A DNA stretch of 16,353 bases from a virus (lineage: Duplodnaviria; Heunggongvirae; Uroviricota; Caudoviricetes). Position 1 is the first letter of the stretch. Every line of letters starts with the position of its first letter. The notes beneath the pieces are model-generated. The model saw nothing but the letters and a program-made list of their open reading frames with translations. It searched no databases and was not told the DNA's origin. Made by a program: the position numbers and the translations under genes. The DNA lies in IMG/VR virus record IMGVR_UViG_2698536369_000029, positions 1-16,353 of that record; one strand, given 5' to 3'. Below, in pieces: positions 1 to 7,364 of the stretch.

Positions 1-1314
1 CTAACCCACTGATTTTAATAAGTCTCTTGTGTCACTTTGGTGACCATGGGACATCATTGGGACATAATCTGCCAGCTTCTGATTCAGCATTGCGATCTGT
101 TCTGCATTACTGTCAGTCATCCATGCTCCGTATACATTGAACACCATCTGGGCACTTGCATGGCCCATCTGGCTGGCAATGAAGCTTGGGTTTGCTCCGG
201 CAGATAATGACCAGCACGCATAAGTGTGTCGTGACTGGTATGCTTTCCGGTGCCTGATGCCCGCACGCTTAATGGCTGTTTCCCATGAGTCGCCAATAGA
301 ATCTACCTTGTAGATAAAACCGACCTGTTTGCTTTTTCTAACCACCTGGGGGTTAAATACGAAAGTACATTCATGATTCACTGAACGCCCATATTCACGT
401 AGTTGAACCTTGATGTGGTGCTGCTTACCCAGTCTTGTCATTTCAGCCTGATTTTTCAGGACACTGATAGCGGGCTGGATAAGATGCACAACCCTGTTTG
501 TACTTGCTTCAGTTTTAGGTAGAGTGAACTCACCGAGTTTCGTATAATTGCGCCTGATAGTAATAGTTCCTGCTTTCAGATCGATATCTTCCCAGGCCAG
601 GGAGACCAGTTCACCGTGACGCATTCCTGTGTACACAGCCAATGACCACAGGTTTTTCGTCTGCTGATGTCGGCAAGCATCTATCAGGCGAATAAATTCG
701 TCACGAGTTAGCGGATCTGGCTCTGCCCTGGCTCTTTTAAGAGGCTTAATTCCCTGGAAGGGATTTGCTTCTAAGTAACCGTGATCTGCAGCAAACTGAA
801 ACATTCCAGCGATTGTCGTCATGTAATAATTTACAGTAACGACGCTCCGTCCTTTTGCTGCTGCTTTGTTTTTCGTTGAATTCTGATACCCGGTCAGCAA
901 ATCTTTCCTGATATACAGCAATTCCTCTTTAGTTACCGATGACACCAGTCTGCTGCCTCCAATTTTCGGAACCATCGTTCTTGCAACGGATTCATAGCGA
1001 TTGAATGCATTTGCAGAGATTTCCATTCGTTTCAGATCCAGCCACTTTTCTTCAAGTTCCTTCACCGTAATTTCTTTTTTATTTACCCCAAAAGCCTTGA
1101 GGTTAGGAGAGTCAGGGAACTGCGCAGCGTAATCAAAGTTTCCTGTACGAATAGCAAAACATACAGATGTCCGCAGCTCTCCGGCGATCTTCCTGTTCTT
1201 GGCAGTGTCAGGGACACCAAGATTTTCCCTGACACGTTTACCTTTAAAATTAAACCAGATGCGTAATGTGCCACCGTGGTTTTCGACGCCTGTTGGATAT
1301 TTGACTTTATCCAT
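1..1314 (-). CDS. int: Tyrosine-type site-specific integrase (phage integrase)
   Basis: 437-aa ORF with N-terminal arm-binding-like region and C-terminal catalytic region carrying R..H-x-x-R..Y-type residues (IRHRKAYQSRHTYACW, NVYGAW). GGAGG Shine-Dalgarno 5 nt upstream of the ATG at 1314. Stop codon lies at window positions 1-3, so the att site is outside the window. Confidence 0.85.
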   Translation of the reverse strand: MDKVKYPTGVENHGGTLRIWFNFKGKRVRENLGVPDTAKNRKIAGELRTSVCFAIRTGNFDYAAQFPDSPNLKAFGVNKKEITVKELEEKWLDLKRMEISANAFNRYESVARTMVPKIGGSRLVSSVTKEELLYIRKDLLTGYQNSTKNKAAAKGRSVVTVNYYMTTIAGMFQFAADHGYLEANPFQGIKPLKRARAEPDPLTRDEFIRLIDACRHQQTKNLWSLAVYTGMRHGELVSLAWEDIDLKAGTITIRRNYTKLGEFTLPKTEASTNRVVHLIQPAISVLKNQAEMTRLGKQHHIKVQLREYGRSVNHECTFVFNPQVVRKSKQVGFIYKVDSIGDSWETAIKRAGIRHRKAYQSRHTYACWSLSAGANPSFIASQMGHASAQMVFNVYGAWMTDSNAEQIAMLNQKLADYVPMMSHGHQSDTRDLLKSVG

Positions 1315-1369
1315 TGATACCTCCAGACGCCCAAGAGCGATACGAGCTTACATACTTCATGGCATTAAA

Positions 1370-1606
1370 TCACCCAGGTTGTTTGTTTTTCATTGAAGCG
1401 ACCCAGGCATCTATTGCTTTTCTGTTATACATACATTCGCTGGATGGCTTTGGATTACCGTCTGGTGATACGTGAATATACTCTCTTCCTACCATCCAGC
1501 ATTCTTTCCGGGCCCGGAGAATTGTGCCTGGTTTGAGCCCGGTAATTGCGATAAGAACGCTTTCACAAACCCATTCATTGGGAGCCAGTTGAATCACATT
1601 GCCCAT
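1370..1606 (-). CDS. xis: Excisionase (lambda Xis-like)
   Basis: 78-aa ORF directly upstream of int. Contains an EW...R.RKECW.VGREY segment resembling the lambda Xis core (RRWVRECRIFPPPVKDGREY). GAGG Shine-Dalgarno upstream of the ATG. Confidence 0.65.
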   Translation of the reverse strand: MGNVIQLAPNEWVCESVLIAITGLKPGTILRARKECWMVGREYIHVSPDGNPKPSSECMYNRKAIDAWVASMKNKQPG

Positions 1607-1614
1607 GCATTACC

Positions 1615-1761
1615 TCACACAACACTCAGCCCACGGCAGTGGCACCACACTTCAAACATTCGTTTCACAATTTCACGGCTGTAGAAACCGTCAACATCTC
1701 GCGTCAGGTCATAGCGATTGCCGTAACGCTGGCGTACCCATAGCTCAAACGCTTTATTCAT
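1615..1761 (-). CDS. Small hypothetical phage protein (48 aa), not in the supplied ORF track
   Basis: Hand translation of the minus strand gives MNKAFELWVRQRYGNRYDLTRDVDGFYSREIVKRMFEVWCHCRGLSVV. AAGGA Shine-Dalgarno about 9 nt upstream. It fills the gap between the upstream gene and xis. Confidence 0.35.
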   Translation of the reverse strand: MNKAFELWVRQRYGNRYDLTRDVDGFYSREIVKRMFEVWCHCRGLSVV

Positions 1762-1764
1762 TCT

Positions 1765-2007
1765 TTATTTCCTTTTCATGACCCGTAATTTTTTCAGATG
1801 AGTTTCCTGTTCTGTTTCTGCCAGAATTTGTCGGTATTTCTGGTGATCGAGCCGTTCAAACAGTTCATTAAAATCGTTTATTTTTACCGACTGTGTTCGC
1901 CCATCCATTCTTCTGTACAACACAGTGTTATTTATGCAGCGAATAATTTTTACCGGGTAACCGGCACTGTCGGTATACAGTTGTCCCTGATTAATCAAAG
2001 CGAACAT
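1765..2007 (-). CDS. Hypothetical phage protein (80 aa)
   Basis: Internal ATG (MFALINQ...) preceded by GGAGAAAAA Shine-Dalgarno. The longer track ORF 1765..2130 overlaps the upstream gene and lacks an RBS at its first ATG. Confidence 0.5.
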   Translation of the reverse strand: MFALINQGQLYTDSAGYPVKIIRCINNTVLYRRMDGRTQSVKINDFNELFERLDHQKYRQILAETEQETHLKKLRVMKRK

Positions 2008-2038
2008 TTTTTCTCCTGCTCTCTGAATAGTGAGAACT

Positions 2039-2410
2039 TCAGAGCCGTATGTTTGTAGCGGGTTCAATACTGATAATTTCTGCTGAGATAAGCATCCCGG
2101 CAAGCCAGAGTTCTCCGGACAGGTCTTCATCCTGACATATCAGTTCGCCAATATTAATGGTGGCCATGATATCTGTTCCCCCTGTGCGCTCATCCTCGAC
2201 TTCTTCATAAGGCAGTGTTGCGTACAGGCTTTCAATAGCGCAACTGATAACATCCAGTCCGGTCAGATTGCCGCCGACAGTAACTTCGAATGTTTCGCGG
2301 TATTCCCATAACCCGAAAGTTAATCGAACGGTTTGTTTTGCCATACGTCCGCATGACGTCAGATTCGGGTCATAGTTCATTATTTGCGGTTGGGCATTAT
2401 GGGTGTTCAT
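2039..2410 (-). CDS. Hypothetical phage protein (about 123 aa)
   Basis: ORF in the leftward operon. Start chosen at MNTHN (AAGGGA upstream); the alternative upstream ATG at 2482 would overlap the SPFH gene. Confidence 0.45.
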   Translation of the reverse strand: MNTHNAQPQIMNYDPNLTSCGRMAKQTVRLTFGLWEYRETFEVTVGGNLTGLDVISCAIESLYATLPYEEVEDERTGGTDIMATINIGELICQDEDLSGELWLAGMLISAEIISIEPATNIRL

Positions 2411-2450
2411 CTGCTTTTCCCTTAGCCCGGCGGTCTGCCGGGCGTATAAG

Positions 2451-3278
2451 TTATTTAACCTGGATAAATGGTGTACTGGCACCGCTGGTCATGTATTGCG
2501 GCAGTGTGCCGTTCCATTTATTAATGGCTTCCAGTTCCATAACACCAGGGTTCTGGCGCAGAGCTTCACCGCGTAAACGAATAGCATCGGCTTCGGCCTG
2601 GGCTTTTGTGCGAATGGCGTCAGCCTGTCCGGCAGCTTCCGCGCGCAACATGTTGGCTTCCGCTTCGCGCTGTTTTACTTCCTGTTCGCGTTGCAGGGTC
2701 TTCTGGTTTGCCGTGACTTTGGCATTAATGCTGTCGATAACGGTTGGCGGGTACTCCGGCTTACCCACATATGAGAGACTCATTACCTGAATACCGATGG
2801 GCGTCATTTCTGCCTGAATGTCTTTAAGGGCTGCATCCAGCAGCTCAGACTTGCCGCCGTCGATAAATTTGTCAGTGGTCATTTTGCTGGCCAGTCGGTT
2901 GAGTGCGTCGGCGATCTTCTGGCGCAGGTCAGTGTCGGTAATGTCATCCACGCCTTTGCGGTAGGTCTGAAACACCGTGGTAACTTTGGATGGATCAACT
3001 TTGTAGGCCACACCAATGTGATAGCCGATGGTTGTACCGTCACTCATCTGGAAACTGAACGGTTCATCGTAGGTCTTCATTTGCTTGAAGGTGGGGAAGA
3101 TGTAAACTTCAGTATTCCAGCCAGTCCAGTAGCGACCAACACCGACCACCTCACCGACGCCTTTGTCGTCGCCCAGTTTATTTACCTTGATGCCAACATT
3201 ACCTGGTTCAACGCGATCGCAACCGACAAGGCCAATAGTCGGCAGAACAATGGCTAAAGCAAAAATAATTTTTTTCAT
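2451..3278 (-). CDS. SPFH/band-7 (prohibitin-like) domain lipoprotein
   Basis: 275 aa. N-terminal signal peptide with lipobox LVGC (MKKIIFALAIVLPTIGLVGC), an SPFH-like core, and a C-terminal Ala/Glu/Arg/Gln-rich coiled-coil tail. AAGGA Shine-Dalgarno 6 nt upstream. Confidence 0.8.
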   Translation of the reverse strand: MKKIIFALAIVLPTIGLVGCDRVEPGNVGIKVNKLGDDKGVGEVVGVGRYWTGWNTEVYIFPTFKQMKTYDEPFSFQMSDGTTIGYHIGVAYKVDPSKVTTVFQTYRKGVDDITDTDLRQKIADALNRLASKMTTDKFIDGGKSELLDAALKDIQAEMTPIGIQVMSLSYVGKPEYPPTVIDSINAKVTANQKTLQREQEVKQREAEANMLRAEAAGQADAIRTKAQAEADAIRLRGEALRQNPGVMELEAINKWNGTLPQYMTSGASTPFIQVK

Positions 3279-3463
3279 CTTTTATCCTTAGTGAAAGAAA
3301 GACCTTTGTAAATGGCATAAATGCAGGGCGGGGTCAGAAACGCCAGTGCAAAGCCAGAAATAACAGCTATCGTATCCTTCATGGATATAAGGAACGGAAC
3401 AAGTAATCCGTAAATACATGCGATAATTGCCAGTAAAATTACTATTGTGAAATACAGTCTCAT
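3275..3463 (-). CDS. Small two-helix membrane protein, translationally coupled to the SPFH gene
   Basis: 62-aa highly hydrophobic ORF whose stop overlaps the SPFH start codon by 4 nt. No strong Shine-Dalgarno. Candidate NfeD-like partner, by position only. Confidence 0.4.
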   Translation of the reverse strand: MRLYFTIVILLAIIACIYGLLVPFLISMKDTIAVISGFALAFLTPPCIYAIYKGLSFTKDKR

Positions 3464-3487
3464 TGGTCTGTGGTATCCCGATATTTT

Positions 3488-3594
3488 TAACCGACTGACA
3501 GCACAATAAAGAGAATAATGATTTCAGTTAGTGTCAGTACTGTGGCAAGGATTAAAATCAGTTTTACTCTGTTTAATTCACGGTTGCTTTTCAT
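3488..3594 (-). CDS. Possible 35-aa hydrophobic peptide
   Basis: Hand-translated minus-strand ORF MKSNRELNRVKLILILATVLTLTEIIILFIVLSVG. No recognisable RBS, so it is weakly supported. Confidence 0.2.
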
Positions 3595-3640
3595 ACAAAC
3601 GGTTAGTAAAAAACTGGAAGAATTATTTTCTTCTTAATAT

Positions 3641-4222
3641 TTAATGTGTCACTGGCGCTTCTGGCATACCATGAGTATTCAGGTCGTTAATCATTTCATC
3701 CAGAAGGAGTTCAAGCCCTTCGCGCCCCATAGCAGAAACAATGAAACCATTATCAGGATCTGCGATGAGCATATTTTGATAGAGAAACAGAACTCGCCCC
3801 ATGCCTTCAGCTTCGCCATATTTTTCAATAAATCCCCATTCGACATGGTTTTGCAGGGCAATGCGAAGTGATCCTGGGTATATACTCATGCAACCATGCT
3901 TCCCCTTATAAATAACAGCGCGATCTGTAGTTCCGTTATCGTTAGGGATATCAATGGTGCCGTTCTTGCCTTCTTCTTCATTTATAAACGTCGTCACATA
4001 CAGCCATCGCCATTGAGCAATCTTCATATCGACTGAAAATCGTCCCAGTAATCCGGCATCATCGGCTTCAGCAATACATTGCATAATTCTTAAACCGTGA
4101 GAATTTGGATAATCGTATTCACCATCATTAAGCCGCTGTACGGCCTCAACATAATCAATGGTTGTATTGCCAATTTTTATGCCATGTGGCGTAACTTCTG
4201 GTCGGAACTCTGAATGATTCAT
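3641..4222 (-). CDS. Hypothetical protein (193 aa), function unknown
   Basis: Start at internal ATG (MNHSEF...) with AAGGAG Shine-Dalgarno 8 nt upstream. The first ATG of the track ORF (4279) lies inside the upstream gene. Confidence 0.6.
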   Translation of the reverse strand: MNHSEFRPEVTPHGIKIGNTTIDYVEAVQRLNDGEYDYPNSHGLRIMQCIAEADDAGLLGRFSVDMKIAQWRWLYVTTFINEEEGKNGTIDIPNDNGTTDRAVIYKGKHGCMSIYPGSLRIALQNHVEWGFIEKYGEAEGMGRVLFLYQNMLIADPDNGFIVSAMGREGLELLLDEMINDLNTHGMPEAPVTH

Positions 4223-4407
4223 AATGTTTGCTCCTTTGCTGGTGGAATAATCGTGTAGCCAGCTCTTTTTGCCATCCACAGAAATGTATCCATGCAGCCA
4301 ACGAATTCATTATCCAACAGATGTTTTGAGTAAATTACTTCACCATTTTCAATGGTTAGCAACACTCTAACTTTTTTATGTGTTATGTTCTGTTGTTTTT
4401 CTTTCAT
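4219..4407 (-). CDS. Small hypothetical protein (62 aa), translationally coupled to the 3641..4222 gene
   Basis: GGGAGA Shine-Dalgarno 7 nt upstream. Its stop overlaps the downstream start (ATGA overlap). Confidence 0.45.
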   Translation of the reverse strand: MKEKQQNITHKKVRVLLTIENGEVIYSKHLLDNEFVGCMDTFLWMAKRAGYTIIPPAKEQTL

Positions 4408-4603
4408 TTATTTATCTCCCATATGCTTTGCGCAAATACAGGTTGGCTATATGAAGATAAGAATCTCCATGTTGTGCAATGAGGCAGGCAGTTTTATACG
4501 ATGCCTTATGTTTCAGGAAGGTCATAACATAATCTCCTGCGAATAAAGATTGCAACAATCCCCGGCGATAAAACCGTAATAAACATTCAGGGGATATTTA
4601 TTG

Positions 4604-4969
4604 TTATTGCGCTAATTCTTTTTCGGCAGCAGATTTTGCATATTCACATGCAAAATTCAGAATTTCGCTGCCAAGTGTTTTTGTTTCGTGATTACTGGAC
4701 ATATGTAATACCTGTGTTGCATGCAATAAATGATAAACATTTACCGCAAATGAGTCCGGCTCCAGACAAATGCCTTCATAATCATCTTGTTGTGAGGTTG
4801 TTTCTGTCATTGCTCCTGAAGTGCATGCGAGCCTGTTTTTGACAATTCTCTTTCCTCTAATCACTATATCGGCAACATCTATTGCCTTTACAACCTCCGG
4901 GAGAAGTTCCGGGTTTGTATAATCAAAGTCATCAACATGGAGAACAGTTATGTTTTCGAACTTTTTCAT
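4604..4969 (-). CDS. Hypothetical protein (121 aa)
   Basis: ORF with AGGA Shine-Dalgarno about 4 nt upstream of the ATG. No recognisable domain. Confidence 0.5.
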   Translation of the reverse strand: MKKFENITVLHVDDFDYTNPELLPEVVKAIDVADIVIRGKRIVKNRLACTSGAMTETTSQQDDYEGICLEPDSFAVNVYHLLHATQVLHMSSNHETKTLGSEILNFACEYAKSAAEKELAQ

Positions 4970-5097
4970 GGCTTCCTCAGCTGACTTATATGTTCTGCTA
5001 TATAGCGAGTCTCAGAAGTGTTTTCATATTGAGACTGTTTCCGCAATGATTGATAAAAATGTTCGCATGTACCTTGAGGGGCGAAGCGGCGATTATG

Positions 5098-5646
5098 TCA
5101 CCATTGGTATTGGTTCTTCCGTAGAAGAGCTTCGCGAGATAAGGAGCAAACTTGTTGAGATGCGTCATGGTGTTGCTGCTCCTCACTTTTTGGTTGCTCC
5201 GGAGGAGTAACCTCGCCAGTTAACAGCCACATCGGATCGCAGCCAAGAATATTTGCCAGTGGGATAAGCATACTGATGGTTGGTTCATACTCTCCGCTCT
5301 CCCACTGAATGATGATTTCTTCATCGAGATCGAGCAGCCTGGCGAGTTCGGCGGTTGTTAAGCCGCAGGCTTCGCGTTGGGTGCGAAGGTTAACCAGCCA
5401 GCTTTTAGGAAAGGATTGTTTTTGTTGTGCAGGAGAAGCCGCAGATAGAGCATATTCATGGATAAATTCCATTACCTCAATGCCCAATTCCTTTGAGCGA
5501 GCACAATCCAGAAGATGGAATGTGCGTACAGCACTTAGCAAATTTGCAATATTTAATGCAAAGGAATCAAGTTCTAAGCCTTCAAGCGTAACACAGCCGC
5601 AGTTGATAAAATTAGTTGTTTCTGGACTTGCTTTTAGTGTCTTCAT
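5098..5646 (-). CDS. HTH (XRE-type) DNA-binding protein with the HTH in the C-terminal half; first gene of the leftward early operon
   Basis: 182 aa. The segment CGLTTAELARLLDLDEEIIIQWESGEYEPTISMLIPLANILGCDPMWLL is a typical XRE helix-turn-helix, preceded by an unrelated roughly 80-aa N-terminal domain. GGTGG Shine-Dalgarno-like upstream. Confidence 0.55.
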   Translation of the reverse strand: MKTLKASPETTNFINCGCVTLEGLELDSFALNIANLLSAVRTFHLLDCARSKELGIEVMEFIHEYALSAASPAQQKQSFPKSWLVNLRTQREACGLTTAELARLLDLDEEIIIQWESGEYEPTISMLIPLANILGCDPMWLLTGEVTPPEQPKSEEQQHHDASQQVCSLSREALLRKNQYQW

Positions 5647-5699
5647 ATACCCACCAACAATTTTAAATTGAATTTAATCAAGTTATAATTGATGGTGCG

Positions 5700-5728
5700 A
5701 TATTATGCTTTGAGAAATAGGCTGTCAA
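5700..5728 (-). promoter_or_regulatory. Candidate leftward early promoter (PL-like)
   Basis: On the minus strand: TTGACA (plus 5723-5728), 17-bp spacer, TAATAT (plus 5700-5705), about 50 nt upstream of the 5646 start. Flanked by ATCAAGT/ATTGAT motifs related to those in the cI-cro intergenic region. Confidence 0.45.
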
Positions 5729-5758
5729 GAAAAAATTGATATCGTGTGTTTTAGGCAG

Positions 5759-5780
5759 AAAAAAACGGGCAAAGCCCGTT
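5759..5780 (-). terminator. Rho-independent terminator downstream of the cI-like gene
   Basis: Plus-strand AAAAAAACGGGCAAAGCCCGTT; on the minus strand this is a GC hairpin (CGGGC/GCCCG, 3-nt loop) followed by a run of 7 U, immediately after the repressor stop at 5792. Confidence 0.55.
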
Positions 5781-5791
5781 AAAATCAAAGA

Positions 5792-6481
5792 CTAACCAAA
5801 TCTGTTTATATTGAATGGTACTGATGAGATCACTTTAGACTGGATATAAAGCAGAGCTAACCCCTCTTTTTCGATGCTCCATGGTTGATAATTGGGGTTA
5901 TCAGATAACACCATGATTTTGCTTCCAATTTTTTGAAGTCTTTTCACGTAGCATTCTCCATCAAAACAAAATGCATAAATGCCATCGCCATCAAAATAAG
6001 TTACTGTCTTATCAAGAAAAAGAAGGTCGCCAGGTGAGATTGTGGGAGCCATACTGTCTCCTCTGGCGTTACCTATTTCTATATTTTTGAATGCCCGATT
6101 TCCAACAAGGCGTCGGGCATATTCAGGATCAAGTTCTATTGAGCGCACTACATCTATCAAGTCACCACGGACATGAGTTCCATCACCGCAACTAAACTCA
6201 ACATCAAGGACATTAAACACGACGCTATCTGTTCTTGTCTGGTGTTTCTCTTGCGAGGAAAAGGTTGGTGAGGAGTCTTCACCTAAGAACCAGGATTGTG
6301 GATAACCGCTAATCTCGGATAAATGCGCGAGCTTATCACTCCGTGGAAATGTTTTTCCTGTTGTCCAGTACTGCACTGATTGCGCACTCACACCTAACTT
6401 GCGGGCCAGTTGAGCCTGAGTCCATCCTTTTGCTTTCAGCATCGCGGCTATTCGATTTTCCGTGTTTTTGACGTTCTTCAT
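5792..6481 (-). CDS. cI: CI-like phage repressor (N-terminal HTH plus C-terminal S24/LexA-type autopeptidase)
   Basis: N-terminal XRE HTH (WTQAQLARKLGVSAQSVQYW) and C-terminal S24 domain with the catalytic Ser in GDSMAPT and a downstream Lys (YVKRL). Start set at ATG 6481 with AGGA Shine-Dalgarno; the track ORF starts two codons earlier at a TTG. Confidence 0.85.
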   Translation of the reverse strand: MKNVKNTENRIAAMLKAKGWTQAQLARKLGVSAQSVQYWTTGKTFPRSDKLAHLSEISGYPQSWFLGEDSSPTFSSQEKHQTRTDSVVFNVLDVEFSCGDGTHVRGDLIDVVRSIELDPEYARRLVGNRAFKNIEIGNARGDSMAPTISPGDLLFLDKTVTYFDGDGIYAFCFDGECYVKRLQKIGSKIMVLSDNPNYQPWSIEKEGLALLYIQSKVISSVPFNINRFG

Positions 6482-6614
6482 GACCAAATCCTGTGGGTTT
6501 CTTTACAAGGATAAATCTTTACTTGATTTTAGTGTATTCGATCCTTTTGCAACTTGCATGTTAATTTAAACTTGATGTATTCTTGATTTATAAAGTTAAT
6601 GTTGGTGCTTTATT
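6482..6614. promoter_or_regulatory. Divergent cI/cro control region (OR-like) with repeated operator-like motifs
   Basis: 133-bp AT-rich intergenic region between divergent repressor and cro genes. ACTTGAT-like motifs recur at 6521, 6552 (ACTTGCA), 6570 and 6581 (TCTTGAT). Confidence 0.5.
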
Positions 6615-6887
6615 ATGAAAGGAAATGATTACGACAAACTTCGTGCATTAATTGCGCAAAATGCCATAGCGCGAAATCTTGGTGTGACGCCGCAAGCGGT
6701 GAATCAGTGGTTTTCAAAAAACACAATTCCTGCTCGTTTCGTTTTACGCGTATGTGAAGTAGTTGCATGGAAGGTCACGCCACATGGCTTAAGGCCAGAT
6801 CTTTATCCTCACCCTGAAGATGGAATTCCTGATTCGTTACGCAAAATTTCAAATCCAAGCTTAGCGCACACAGAGGACGAGAAGTGA
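6615..6887 (+). CDS. cro: Cro/YdaS-like HTH regulator
   Basis: 90 aa. NLGVTPQAVNQWFSKNTIP...LRPDLY matches the remembered YdaS/Cro-type pattern (LGVSPQAVNQW...RVP...LRPDIF). Divergent from cI. Confidence 0.75.
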   Translation: MKGNDYDKLRALIAQNAIARNLGVTPQAVNQWFSKNTIPARFVLRVCEVVAWKVTPHGLRPDLYPHPEDGIPDSLRKISNPSLAHTEDEK

Positions 6888-6927
6888 TGGTGGTGATATG
6901 AGCGAAAAAATAACTATTAAATACGAT

Positions 6928-6950
6928 GGGGCAACCATTTCGATTGCCCC
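6928..6950. terminator. Hairpin between convergent genes (possible bidirectional terminator)
   Basis: GGGGCAA-(9 nt)-TTGCCCC inverted repeat, A-rich on its plus-strand 5' side (T-rich after the hairpin on the minus strand). Lies between the cro stop (6887) and the stop of the minus-strand gene (6958). Confidence 0.3.
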
Positions 6951-6957
6951 AATCACA

Positions 6958-7251
6958 TTAGCGTTCGCTGAGAAGTTGTTGGTAAGCCTTAAAGGATGCG
7001 AACTGCATTCTACCTTCGGCATTGATTCCAATGCCTTCGCTTGTACACCAGGTGATGAACTCGGCTGTATCCGCTTCAACTTTAATAACTCGTTGCCCGC
7101 TTCTTTCGACACGCTTAATCAATTTTTCAGCGTCGTGTTTCCACTCGGTGTAACTGTCGGAGAGCACATCAGCATCAGTAAAAATATTTTTGAGCTCATG
7201 ATACTGAATCGCATCGCGAAACCAGAATAAACCAACGGCCTGAACTTTCAT
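6958..7251 (-). CDS. Hypothetical protein (97 aa) convergent with cro
   Basis: Very strong AAGGAGG Shine-Dalgarno 7 nt upstream of the ATG at 7251. Charged, protein-like composition. Preferred over the fully overlapping plus-strand ORF 6898..7230. Confidence 0.5.
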   Translation of the reverse strand: MKVQAVGLFWFRDAIQYHELKNIFTDADVLSDSYTEWKHDAEKLIKRVERSGQRVIKVEADTAEFITWCTSEGIGINAEGRMQFASFKAYQQLLSER

Positions 7252-7364
7252 GTCGAACCTCCTTTGGTTCTTTTGTTTATAGGGATCAAAAGGATAACTG
7301 AAGGAAGGTTCGGCACCAATAAGTACGAATGTGCGGAATCTTAAAAGAATTTATCCGTAAGGAG

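Noticed and set aside
1-60. Prophage attachment site (attL/attR) near the integrase
   Set aside because: The integrase stop codon is at window positions 1-3, so the att core, expected just beyond the integrase 3' end, lies outside the window and cannot be identified here.
2290-2790. 166-aa plus-strand ORF antisense to the SPFH gene region
   Set aside because: It lies antisense to two well-supported leftward genes, with Ser/Ala/Arg/Cys-rich composition typical of a shadow frame in GC-richer coding DNA.
4408-4603. Inverted repeat ATCCCC...GGGGAT in the 195-bp intergenic region, and the plus-strand ORF 4352..4546
   Set aside because: The repeat has a long loop of about 27 nt and no adjacent U-tract on either strand, so a terminator call is not supported. 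The plus ORF is antisense-oriented, Cys/Phe-rich and lacks an RBS.
4950-5210. Plus-strand 86-aa ORF between two leftward genes
   Set aside because: It overlaps the 3' end of the minus-strand HTH gene and the intergenic inverted repeat and has no convincing RBS. The region is better explained as the tail of the leftward gene plus a promoter/operator segment.
6898-7230. Plus-strand 110-aa ORF immediately after cro
   Set aside because: It overlaps the minus-strand ORF 6958..7251 entirely. The minus ORF has a near-perfect AAGGAGG Shine-Dalgarno and a more protein-like composition, and a hairpin (6928-6950) would sit inside the 5' end of the plus ORF. Treated as a shadow ORF, without certainty.
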